Shown here piece by piece: positions 16,767 to 24,739 of a stretch of DNA of 64,000 nucleotides (positions are counted from its first letter, which is position 1; each line of letters starts with the position of its first letter). Both the position numbers and the translations under genes were made by a program. The DNA comes from Patescibacteria group bacterium. GTDB taxonomy: Bacteria; Patescibacteriota; Kazan-3B-28; UBA10110. Where the stretch lies: contig JBAZXK010000002.1 of NCBI GenBank assembly GCA_041659905.1, positions 30,723-94,722 on the forward strand. The letters run 5' to 3'. The notes beneath the pieces were generated by a model. It saw only the letters and a list, made by a program, of their open reading frames with translations, made no database searches and was not told where the DNA came from.

Positions 16767-18503
16767 TTAAAATTGTCGGTTGAATTCCTCTAAAAATTCT
16801 TGCAACTTAACTGCATCACCCATCTGCTCGGCTACAATAATCTGGCGATTGAGTTCTGCCAGGGTCAGTTTGGTTTGGCGTTGCTTCAGTAGATTAATGT
16901 AAAATTTCAACTCTTGTTCCACATCCTTCTCTGGCATATCGGCATAATACTCCTCTGTCGTCATGAGAGTTTCTAGGAGATCCACCTTTTCCTGATAGTC
17001 CAGTTTGGCCAGCAGACCGTCAAGAGAAAATTCTCTCCCAGTATAGCAATTTTTTAGTTCCGCGTAAACTTTTTCTGTAAAAGGGTGGGGCCATTTCAGA
17101 TTATTCAGCTCACTCTGGACTTTTTCCCAATAATTTGGCCTAAAAGTTAGTATGCCCAAAATCCGCTTTTCCAGCCAATCCGTTCTGTCTGCCGGCTTAA
17201 TTTCTCCTTTAGGCAAGCCGATCTTATTCGGCTTACGCTTAACTTCTAGATTTTTCAACGCCTCGTACAAATTGGTTTGACTGATACCTAACGTTTCGGA
17301 AAGTTTTTTGACATACTGATCTTTTTCGACCGGACTGCCTAATAAATTGATCGCTGGCAGCACTTCGGCGACAACTTTCTTTTTATCGTTAACGGAAGTA
17401 GTGCCATATTTTTTAGTAGCATAACTGATATAAAAATCAACGATCGGGATCGCTGCCGCGACGGTCGCTCGCCATTTGGCCGGATCAGCTTTAGCACATT
17501 CATCCGGATCTTTGAATCCTTCTAAAACAGCTATTTTGATTTCTAAATCCTTTGCCGAAGCCAATTCAATTACCCGCTTGGTGGCTTCACTGCCCGCTCC
17601 ATCGGCGTCTAAGGCTAAAATCAAAGTTTCGGCGTGTCGGCGCAAAATATCCAGTTGCTCGAGAGTAAGTGCCGTGCCCGATGAGGCTACTACATTGGTC
17701 ACGCCAGCTTGGTACGAAGATAGGGCATCCATTTGTCCTTCCACTAATACAACTGTTTTCTTTTCTTGGATACTTTCTTTAGTCACTGACAGGCCATATA
17801 AAATTCTGCCTTTGTTAAATATGGGGGTTTCGGGTGAATTTAGATATTTAGGCTGATCGTTATTATCCAAAACCCGGCCAGTAAACCCCACCACTCTCCC
17901 ACCAACATCTGTGATGGGGAACATCAAGCGATGACGAAATTTATCGTATTGTTTACCGTTGCGATTGACGATCAGTCCAGCTTTTTCAATTTCTTCCGGG
18001 GTGAATTCTTTGCGCCGTAAAAATTTAAACAAGAAATCCCAGCCAGCAGGGGCATAACCTAACCGAAATTTGGTAATAGTTTCCGGGGCCACCCCGCGAT
18101 TAATCAAGTAATTCATTGCTTGCCGCCCCGCCACCGTATCTGCCATATATTTCTCAAAAAACTTAGCCGATAGCTCGTTGATAGCGAGCAACTTGCTTTT
18201 GACCCCCCAATCCCGCGGTCGGGTTTTTAATTCTACTCCGGCACGCTCGGCGAGCTCTCCTAAAGCTTCTGTGAATTCTAACCCCTCCTTTTTCATCAAG
18301 AACCCAAAGATGTCGCCGCCCGCCCCACAACCAAAACAGTGCCAGATCTGCTTATCTGGGCTCACGATCAGCGAGGGGTCTTTGTCCCCATGGAATGGGC
18401 AAACCGTCCGGAAGTTGCGTCCGGCTTTTTTCAGGGGTAGATACTGCCCAATAAACTCGACAATATCTACTTTGGCTTTGATTTCGTCCAGCTGGTCCAT
18501 CAC
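16767..18503 (-). CDS. dnaG: DNA primase
   Basis: CHC2 zinc finger (CPFHGDKDPSLIV...WHCFGCGAGGD) and a TOPRIM domain. It is adjacent to rpoD as in the macromolecular-synthesis operon. Confidence 0.9.
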   Translation of the reverse strand: MMDQLDEIKAKVDIVEFIGQYLPLKKAGRNFRTVCPFHGDKDPSLIVSPDKQIWHCFGCGAGGDIFGFLMKKEGLEFTEALGELAERAGVELKTRPRDWGVKSKLLAINELSAKFFEKYMADTVAGRQAMNYLINRGVAPETITKFRLGYAPAGWDFLFKFLRRKEFTPEEIEKAGLIVNRNGKQYDKFRHRLMFPITDVGGRVVGFTGRVLDNNDQPKYLNSPETPIFNKGRILYGLSVTKESIQEKKTVVLVEGQMDALSSYQAGVTNVVASSGTALTLEQLDILRRHAETLILALDADGAGSEATKRVIELASAKDLEIKIAVLEGFKDPDECAKADPAKWRATVAAAIPIVDFYISYATKKYGTTSVNDKKKVVAEVLPAINLLGSPVEKDQYVKKLSETLGISQTNLYEALKNLEVKRKPNKIGLPKGEIKPADRTDWLEKRILGILTFRPNYWEKVQSELNNLKWPHPFTEKVYAELKNCYTGREFSLDGLLAKLDYQEKVDLLETLMTTEEYYADMPEKDVEQELKFYINLLKQRQTKLTLAELNRQIIVAEQMGDAVKLQEFLEEFNRQF

Positions 18504-18523
18504 CCACCATTATACCCTGTGGG

Positions 18524-18552
18524 ATTCAACGGCTCACAGGTGAGCCGTTGAT
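18524..18552. repeat. palindromic element ATTCAACGGCTCAC-AGG-TGAGCCGTTGAT
   Basis: Same CAACGGCTCA / TGAGCCGTTG core as 3633..3666. It lies immediately upstream of the dnaG start. Confidence 0.5.
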
Positions 18553-18575
18553 CACAAACTTTATTTAATCCTCTC

Positions 18576-18842
18576 TTACTCCAAAGAAATTATCTGAATA
18601 CCTTTATCTAGGATTTCTTCGGTGGGCCAAAAAGAATTTTTAAGATCAAGCTTGCCCACATAAGTCACTTTTTTCTCGACATTTCTCCCGGTGTATTGTT
18701 TGGTAGCCGGATCCCATTCTTCTAATACTAATGTGTCGCCTTCATTAACCTCAAAATCATTCAGACGCCAATCATACTTTTTCTTGCCGGAGGCTATATC
18801 TTCGAGATATCCCGGCCACATTTTCTTCTTTACAATCGCCAT
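18576..18842 (-). CDS. hypothetical small protein (ASCH/PUA-like?)
   Basis: 88-aa ORF with no confident domain. Confidence 0.45.
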   Translation of the reverse strand: MAIVKKKMWPGYLEDIASGKKKYDWRLNDFEVNEGDTLVLEEWDPATKQYTGRNVEKKVTYVGKLDLKNSFWPTEEILDKGIQIISLE

Positions 18843-18855
18843 ATTTCCTCCCTAA

Positions 18856-19908
18856 TTAATAACTATTTCTATCCAACCTTTTTATTCTACCAAACAGCCA
18901 GACAATTACGGCAAGAGGCACCGTTGTCCAGATCAACATATGATCGCAGGGTAATAACCAATAAGTTAGATCAATCACTACCCAATGTGCTACATAAATA
19001 AACAACGAAGCATCTCCTAACACTTGCAATACCCCCAGAATCCATTTAACTATTGATGATTTGATTAGTTTAATGATTTTTAGTAGCCAGACCAGCCCAA
19101 GCATGACTGCAAAACCAGCGACAATAGCATACAAGTTAAGCGGATAGATGTGCCAATTAAATGACCACGGGCTAGGACCGGTTTGCCAAACTAAATAAAT
19201 CAGCGTAGCTAATCCGGCCAGTCCGATGAATAATTTACCGGCATACTTTTCAAATCCCCACATAGCTAGATAAAAACCAGCCAAATACGGTATCAGCCAA
19301 AGCGCCAAGGGAAACATAATATTGCTTCGTGCCCACAAAAAATCTGTGAACATGTTATGCGGCCAAGTCACTCCGTAATTCAGCAACACTACTAATAACA
19401 AGGTGATGGCAATAGTAATTCTTGAATACTTGACCCGTTGAACCAGATAAATAAATAGCGGAGAAATAATTAAATAAGCTCCGATAGTCAAAAGAATACT
19501 GATGGGAACGGTAAATGATTTTAAAGTCAAAACATGCCCAAGATCCAGCCAGCCTTTTTCACTAAACTGCCAATAGAATGGTTCGGTGTCAAAATTAAAC
19601 ACCCACAATTTTATTAAATTATACGCATAATAAATACCGATTAGTTTTAATCCATGCCCTACTAACCGCCAGCCTACCTGGGGAGAATTTGTGTTGCGAG
19701 CATAGGCAATAAACACTACACTCCCAGCTAGAGCTACAAAAAATATCAACCCCAAATAAAGCCACTCCTGGCCGGCCTTGCCAAACGAACTAAGTTCAGC
19801 CCCCGACCAATCTACTAAATGAATCGTGATAATAGCCAAAATCGCTAATCCCCGCAGATAAGAAATATATGGATTGCGATTCGATTTAATCTTGGATTGA
19901 TTCTTCAT
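18856..19908 (-). CDS. acyltransferase family 3 (OafA/YrhL-like) membrane protein
   Basis: N-terminal RNPYISYLRGLAILAIITIH motif and about 10 TM helices. Confidence 0.7.
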   Translation of the reverse strand: MKNQSKIKSNRNPYISYLRGLAILAIITIHLVDWSGAELSSFGKAGQEWLYLGLIFFVALAGSVVFIAYARNTNSPQVGWRLVGHGLKLIGIYYAYNLIKLWVFNFDTEPFYWQFSEKGWLDLGHVLTLKSFTVPISILLTIGAYLIISPLFIYLVQRVKYSRITIAITLLLVVLLNYGVTWPHNMFTDFLWARSNIMFPLALWLIPYLAGFYLAMWGFEKYAGKLFIGLAGLATLIYLVWQTGPSPWSFNWHIYPLNLYAIVAGFAVMLGLVWLLKIIKLIKSSIVKWILGVLQVLGDASLFIYVAHWVVIDLTYWLLPCDHMLIWTTVPLAVIVWLFGRIKRLDRNSY

Positions 19909-20282
19909 TACATTACCCTACCTCGAAGCTCTTTTCTGATCTGCTTATGATCTGGGATGGTTTTGGCGACTAATTCCCAGAATTTTTTTGAGTGATTAAA
20001 CTCCCCTAAATGGCACAATTCGTGCACAACAATATAATCCGCTACTTCTAGGGGTAATAAGACCACTCGATAATTAAAATTGAGATTGCCTTTTTTAGAA
20101 CAGCTCCCCCAACGGCTGCGCTGGTTCCGAATACTAACCCGCTTAATCGGAAATTGATACTGTCGGTTAAAATGAGCTAGTCGCTCCGACACCAATGCCC
20201 GAGCTTGTTCTTTATACTCTAAGAATTCGGCCCTTTTATATCGCCGGATCCTGAATCTAACAATAGAGCCCAATCGTGCCAA
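19908..20282 (-). CDS. YgjP/DUF45-family metal-dependent hydrolase (short form)
   Basis: HELCHL zinc-binding motif with flanking similarity to YgjP C-terminal half. Only 124 aa, so it lacks the usual N-terminal domain. Confidence 0.6.
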   Translation of the reverse strand: MARLGSIVRFRIRRYKRAEFLEYKEQARALVSERLAHFNRQYQFPIKRVSIRNQRSRWGSCSKKGNLNFNYRVVLLPLEVADYIVVHELCHLGEFNHSKKFWELVAKTIPDHKQIRKELRGRVM

Positions 20283-20298
20283 TTCAGACTTTTAGTTC

Positions 20299-20670
20299 TT
20301 ATGATCTTATCGGTGAATAAAAAACTAGCTTGTATCCATCCGGATCTTTTACGACAAACTCGCGTTTGCCCCAAGGCCAGGTTTTCGGCTCGGTCCTGGG
20401 AACAATACCATTACTCTGAATGGTTTCAAAGTATTTATCCGCATCATCAACTTCTATATAGGTATATATACCTAGTCCTTTTGGTTGCAGCCCCGATTCG
20501 TTCCGAATGGGAGTTTTATTCTCATCAATGAACACTAAAGTGAAATCGCCCAGTTTTATCTTCAATTGATCTTCTGATTTTTGTATATCAAAACCTAGCT
20601 GCGTATAAAATTGCGCGGTTTGCTCGAGATTACTGACAAAAAACAAGTTGGAGTGAAATCTTTTAATCAT
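20299..20670 (-). CDS. VOC / glyoxalase-bleomycin resistance family protein
   Basis: 123 aa with the glyoxalase-like fold pattern. Overlaps the next gene by 4 nt. Confidence 0.65.
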   Translation of the reverse strand: MIKRFHSNLFFVSNLEQTAQFYTQLGFDIQKSEDQLKIKLGDFTLVFIDENKTPIRNESGLQPKGLGIYTYIEVDDADKYFETIQSNGIVPRTEPKTWPWGKREFVVKDPDGYKLVFYSPIRS

Positions 20671-21227
20671 AATAGAATTCGTTTTATCTTATTTCTTTTA
20701 TTAAGAATGATTTCCAAGTTTTTATTATGTCCATGTGGGCTCGCCGGGGATGGATGCCAGAGCGGTAATATAAACAGTTTTTTATATTGATAAACAACCG
20801 GGTTGATCTCCCCTATCACCAGTTTAACGCCAAAAACTTCTTCTAATATATCTTTGGTAATTACTCCTAAGGAAAAGATAATTTTTATTGGATATGTGCT
20901 TACCTGAGACAAAAGATGATCTCCCGAACGAAGACCACAAGATTTTAGTATTTTACGATTATTTCCTATATAACACTTGGCTATTTCTGTAAAAGCACAT
21001 CTCTCAAGAGTGAGATTAAGACCAGCTAACTCTTCGTTCAGTCGTTTGCCCGTAGGCACCAACTTACCTTCCGGAGTATAGAAAGCTTTTCCAGAATTAA
21101 CCCAACCATTCCGAGCTAGCGATTCACCTAGGATAAGAACCTTACTGCCAACCCCGACCCCTGGTTGAAAGAAAAATGAAGGCGGTTTAGTTTGGATACT
21201 GCCACAGTTATGAATTTCTTCTACCAT
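20667..21227 (-). CDS. uracil-DNA glycosylase superfamily protein (family 4/5-like)
   Basis: GESLARNG motif A-like and HPSPAS motif B-like. Confidence 0.6.
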   Translation of the reverse strand: MVEEIHNCGSIQTKPPSFFFQPGVGVGSKVLILGESLARNGWVNSGKAFYTPEGKLVPTGKRLNEELAGLNLTLERCAFTEIAKCYIGNNRKILKSCGLRSGDHLLSQVSTYPIKIIFSLGVITKDILEEVFGVKLVIGEINPVVYQYKKLFILPLWHPSPASPHGHNKNLEIILNKRNKIKRILL

Positions 21228-21710
21228 CTACTCTGACTGACTTGAGGTATTTTTCGTTTTCTGTAAATATCCTTTAGCTATATCGGCCACACCTTCATTT
21301 TCAGTAAATTCGGTTAGTGTAGATTGGATTTTGTCTAATAGAGAGATAATCCGTTCATCAGAACTGCGCTGAGCTAAAGCACAAGCAGCTCGGAATCTAG
21401 GGTAAGGATTCTCTTCATCAGTTTTCTGCATTAAGTTAAGTAGATTCTCTATATCGGAATCTTCTAATTCCTGATTGGTTAATTCTAAAGTGCTGGCGGC
21501 CAAATCGCGCAATCCAGAATCTTCATTATCTAAATTATCCTTGGCCCATTCCACTACCGCGGGGCTATCGGCAATTTCTGGCAAAGTGGCATCTATCTCT
21601 TTCCAACCCTCGGAATCATTGCGCTGAGCTAAAGCTATTATTTTTTCCAAAGTCTCGCGCTCTTCTTCATTATCCATATTGTTTTCCCCCATTCTTTCTT
21701 GGTATTTCAT
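21228..21710 (-). CDS. hypothetical acidic protein (possible HEAT-like repeats)
   Basis: 160 aa, highly acidic. Confidence 0.5.
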   Translation of the reverse strand: MKYQERMGENNMDNEEERETLEKIIALAQRNDSEGWKEIDATLPEIADSPAVVEWAKDNLDNEDSGLRDLAASTLELTNQELEDSDIENLLNLMQKTDEENPYPRFRAACALAQRSSDERIISLLDKIQSTLTEFTENEGVADIAKGYLQKTKNTSSQSE

Positions 21711-21831
21711 ATTTCTTAATTATTAGTTTATTCCAGCTGGTAAACGCCTCTCGGCTACGCTCGAGGCACTCGACTGTCCGCTCTGGTCGTAGACCACGAG
21801 CGAGCTTAACTTTATAGTTAAGCGAGTCGAG

Positions 21832-21919
21832 TGGCGGAGAGGGCGGGATTTGAACCCGCGATACCTTGCGGTATGCCCGCTTTCCAAGCGAGTGCACTAG
21901 GCCACTATGCGACCTCTCC
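21832..21919 (-). tRNA. tRNA-Ser (anticodon GGA)
   Basis: Cloverleaf with anticodon loop UUGGAAA, a long variable arm, a G73 discriminator and encoded CCA. Confidence 0.85.
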
Positions 21920-22017
21920 ACTAAACGCCTCTCGGCGCAATTAACCAATTGCCAATTTAACCAATGTGCACCAATATAACACCAATTACCTTATTATTGT
22001 AGCAGGAGTTAGTATAC

Positions 22018-22241
22018 GATTCTGGAGTCGCTTTGTAAGCTCCCCAGAATGACGCCCAAGCCAGCCATTGGAGGAGGGATGTTCTGAATTGAGCCAAATC
22101 CTTGGCGCGGGGAGATGTTTGAGGCCGATGTGCTATCGGCCGAGTTTCGACCTAAAGCGGTAAGAGGATTTGGCCAATGAATAATCCCGACGAACGAGCT
22201 GGGACTTTGGTGTTACCTTTCTAGAAAGGTAACAGAAAAAA
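22018..22241. repeat. ~220-bp intergenic element, copy A
   Basis: Begins TTCTGGAGTC...CCATTGGAGGAGGGATGT. Ends GACTTTGGTGTTACCTTTCTAGAAAGGTAACAGAAAAAA. Homologous in order and ends to 58130..58337. Confidence 0.5.
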
Positions 22242-22244
22242 TGA

Positions 22245-22320
22245 TTTCTGGAGATCCTGAAACAAGTTCAGGATGACGGGAAGAAAAAGGCCTAGATTCC
22301 GGATCAAGTCCGGAATGACA
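22245..22320. repeat. cluster of hairpin-TGACR miniature repeats
   Basis: CTGGAGATCCTGAAacaagTTCAGGATGACGG and TTCCGGAtcaagTCCGGAATGACA. These are short hairpins each followed by (A/G)TGAC(A/G). Confidence 0.45.
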
Positions 22321-22345
22321 AAAAATCATAGGAAACTACATAGGG

Positions 22346-22374
22346 TTGACGGGAAGGGCAAAATGCCCTACACT
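22346..22374 (+). promoter_or_regulatory. putative sigma-70 promoter for rpsF-ssb-rpsR
   Basis: TTGACG, 17 bp spacer, TACACT. It lies about 80 bp upstream of the rpsF start. Confidence 0.35.
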
Positions 22375-22455
22375 CGGATTACTTTATAACTTAACCTTTT
22401 CTCCCCTTCGACCATGCTCAGGGGGATTCCCCATGGGAAAGGAAATTTTTTGCTT

Positions 22456-23085
22456 ATGGAAGAAAATAATGTCTATGAATTAGCTGTGGTTATCTCCCCT
22501 GACCTATCAGAGTTCGATGTCCAAAAGATTGTCGACAAGGTCAAAATCTCTATTGCCTCTAAGGGAGGTTCGGCTCAACAGGAACATACTTGGGGGAAAA
22601 AGCGCTTGGCTTATCCCATCGGTAAAGCCGAGTTTGGGTATTATCAGACCTTGATTTTCGACTCCCCTAAAGAGGCTATTGCCGAAATCGATAAAGATAT
22701 TAGACTAACCCCGGAAATCATTCGGCATTTGATTATCTCATTGGAAAAAGAAGGAATCACGGCAGAGCAATTATTTACACCTGAGAAAGAAGCGGTTTTG
22801 ATCGCGACGATAGCCAAAGAAAAAATGGAACCGAGCCGGCCACATCAGACTAGAGCGAGTAGAGGCAGGATAACGCCGGCGATAGTTGCGGATATTCCAG
22901 GAACCAAAGATTCTGGAGTCGCCCCAGAGGAAAGCTCCCCTGCCTACCGGCAGGCAGGCCAGAATGATGACATAAAAGAGGTGGTAGATATTGCTGAGCC
23001 TGTGGTAGAAGAGACTGCCGATGAAGCGGCCAAGCGGAGAGAAGAATTAGATAAGAAATTAGACGAATTATTAAAAGAAGAATAG
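22456..23085 (+). CDS. rpsF: 30S ribosomal protein S6 with long acidic C-terminal extension
   Basis: YELAVVISPDL...WGKKRLAYPI...GYY S6 core. The Met at 22456 is preceded by a GGGAAAGGAAA ribosome-binding site. The ORF-track start at 22414 is probably too early. Confidence 0.85.
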   Translation: MEENNVYELAVVISPDLSEFDVQKIVDKVKISIASKGGSAQQEHTWGKKRLAYPIGKAEFGYYQTLIFDSPKEAIAEIDKDIRLTPEIIRHLIISLEKEGITAEQLFTPEKEAVLIATIAKEKMEPSRPHQTRASRGRITPAIVADIPGTKDSGVAPEESSPAYRQAGQNDDIKEVVDIAEPVVEETADEAAKRREELDKKLDELLKEE

Positions 23086-23100
23086 AGATTCCTCGACAAG

Positions 23101-23155
23101 CTCGGAATGACACTCTTTCTGTCATCCTGAGCGGAGTCCTTTCTGGACGGAGTCG
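23101..23155. repeat. hairpin-TGACR miniature repeat between rpsF and ssb
   Basis: CTCGGAATGACActctttcTGTCATCCTGAGCGGAGTCCtttctGGACGGAGTC. Confidence 0.45.
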
Positions 23156-23197
23156 AAGGATCTGAAACAAAAGTTATAGTGAATAACTTTTAAGGAA

Positions 23198-23710
23198 ATG
23201 CGTGATCTAAATAAAGTAATGCTGATTGGTAATGTCGTCCGCGATCCGGAAATCCGGACCATTCCGTCCGGACAAAGCGTGGCGGCTATTTCGATCGCCA
23301 CCAATAGAAGCTGGAACGATAATGCCGGTGAACTCCAGAAAGCGGTGGAATATACCGATATTGTAGCTTGGGGCAAACTGGCGGAAATCGCCGGACAAAT
23401 CCTCAAAAAAGGCCGCAGAATGTATGTGGAAGGTAGATTGCAAACCCGGAACTGGGAAGGCCAAGATGGTGTCAAAAGATATAAGACCGAGGTAATCGCG
23501 AGCGACTTAATCGTTTTAGATAAACCGCAAGGAATTAACATGAACGGCACTACTGAAGCTACAACTATGCCAGAAATAACCACTCCAGCAACAGTTATGC
23601 CAGCAGCTGAATCCCCGGTAGAACCAGCTGGATCAGTGCCTCAGCCGATGGCAGTGGGCGCCACCGCCGCTCCCGCCGAGGAAATTGATATCGAAGATAT
23701 ACCGTTTTAA
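23198..23710 (+). CDS. ssb: single-stranded DNA-binding protein
   Basis: OB-fold SSB core and C-terminal acidic tail ending in DIPF. Confidence 0.9.
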   Translation: MRDLNKVMLIGNVVRDPEIRTIPSGQSVAAISIATNRSWNDNAGELQKAVEYTDIVAWGKLAEIAGQILKKGRRMYVEGRLQTRNWEGQDGVKRYKTEVIASDLIVLDKPQGINMNGTTEATTMPEITTPATVMPAAESPVEPAGSVPQPMAVGATAAPAEEIDIEDIPF

Positions 23711-23790
23711 AAAATTACTGTTCGAGGCAGATGCCGAGAACTATAGTTCTCACTTCGTTCGAACAATAAATTAAATAATAATTAATAAAT

Positions 23791-24051
23791 ATGGCTTTTA
23801 AATCATTCAAGAAAAAACCAGCAACTTTCCCCCGCTACACTACGACAGTCAAAAAATATTGTCATTTTTGTCATGAAAAGATCGATTATATCGATTATAA
23901 AAATGTCAAAACTCTATCCAAATATTTGTCGCGGTATATGAAGATTGAACCGCGTCGCCGGAGCGGCAATTGTGCCAAGCATCAACGCATGGTGGCAACA
24001 GCCCTAAAACGGGCCCGGCATCTGGCTTTAATGCCTTACACCATCCACTAA
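23791..24051 (+). CDS. rpsR: 30S ribosomal protein S18
   Basis: Conserved S18 motif [34 protein letters not shown]. Canonical rpsF-ssb-rpsR gene order. Confidence 0.9.
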   Translation: MAFKSFKKKPATFPRYTTTVKKYCHFCHEKIDYIDYKNVKTLSKYLSRYMKIEPRRRSGNCAKHQRMVATALKRARHLALMPYTIH

Positions 24052-24055
24052 ATCA

Positions 24056-24613
24056 ATGTTAGACATCACTGATCTTAAAACTGGTGTCATTATCGAATTA
24101 GAAGGCGCCCCTATGGAAGTAGTGCGGTATCAGCACACTAAAATGGGCCGGGGCGGTGCAATTTTACGCACAACTCTAAAAAACTTACTGACTGGCGCTA
24201 ATGTCGAACGGACATTCAGGAGTGAAAAGTTCAACGAAGCCGATATCACTCGCAGTAAAGCCCAATATCTTTATAAAGACGGTGGGAACTTTACTTTTAT
24301 GGACAGCATCACCTTTGAGCAGTTTAACCTGAGCCAAGACGTAATTGGTCATAATGCCAATTATCTAGCAGAAGGCCGGGAAGTGGAATTGGTTTATTTT
24401 AACGGTAACCCAATTAGCATCCAATTGCCGCTGAAAATGAAATTTAAAATTATTCAGGCCGATCCAGCCGTTAAGGGCGACACTGTCACTAATCCTTCTA
24501 AAAACGCTACCCTGGAAACGGGTATGCATATCAAAGTACCTATGTTTGTGAAAGAGGGTGATACGATTTTAGTAGATACCCGCGATGGCAGCTACATCGA
24601 ACGGGTTAATTGA
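24056..24613 (+). CDS. efp: elongation factor P
   Basis: EF-P KOW/OB architecture. Loop sequence is KMGRGGAILR, with Arg at the modification position. Confidence 0.9.
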   Translation: MLDITDLKTGVIIELEGAPMEVVRYQHTKMGRGGAILRTTLKNLLTGANVERTFRSEKFNEADITRSKAQYLYKDGGNFTFMDSITFEQFNLSQDVIGHNANYLAEGREVELVYFNGNPISIQLPLKMKFKIIQADPAVKGDTVTNPSKNATLETGMHIKVPMFVKEGDTILVDTRDGSYIERVN

Positions 24614-24691
24614 CGACATATTCCTTGTGTCGTCATCCCTGCCTACCGGTAGGCAGGCTCGCCTCGTCGGGGATCGTATAAATTAATATAA

Positions 24692-24725
24692 GATTCTGGA
24701 CGCACTTCGTTTGCCAGAATGACGG
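24692..24725. repeat. hairpin-TGACR miniature repeat upstream of ychF
   Basis: GATTCTGGacgcacttcgtttgCCAGAATGACGG. Confidence 0.45.
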
Positions 24726-24739
24726 ATAAAAAATAAGTT

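Noticed and set aside
21670-21948. 92-aa minus-strand ORF
   Set aside because: It completely overlaps tRNA-Ser(GGA) (21832..21919) and the intergenic spacer. It has no ribosome-binding site, and the tRNA fold explains the sequence.
22018-22413. Possibility that the 500-bp tRNA-Ser/rpsF spacer encodes RNase P RNA, tmRNA or SRP RNA
   Set aside because: It contains GCGGTAAGAGG and ACAGAAAAAA strings reminiscent of RNase P CR-II and CR-IV. However, the universally conserved P4 strand (AGGAAAGUCCGGGCUCC or equivalent) and a tRNA-like 3' end are absent. It is treated instead as a repeat or possible sRNA. Rfam scanning is still worthwhile.
22414-22455. N-terminal 14-codon extension of rpsF in the ORF track (MLRGIPHGKGNFLL)
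   Set aside because: There is no ribosome-binding site before 22414. A good GGGAAAGGAAA ribosome-binding site precedes the Met at 22456, and the S6 alignment starts at YELAVV.
24638-24657. Perfect palindrome CCTGCCTACCGGTAGGCAGG as an independent terminator for efp
   Set aside because: There is no T-run on the plus strand after it. It co-occurs with the hairpin-TGACR repeat family and has a near-copy inside rpsF, so it is assigned to the repeat family rather than called as a terminator.
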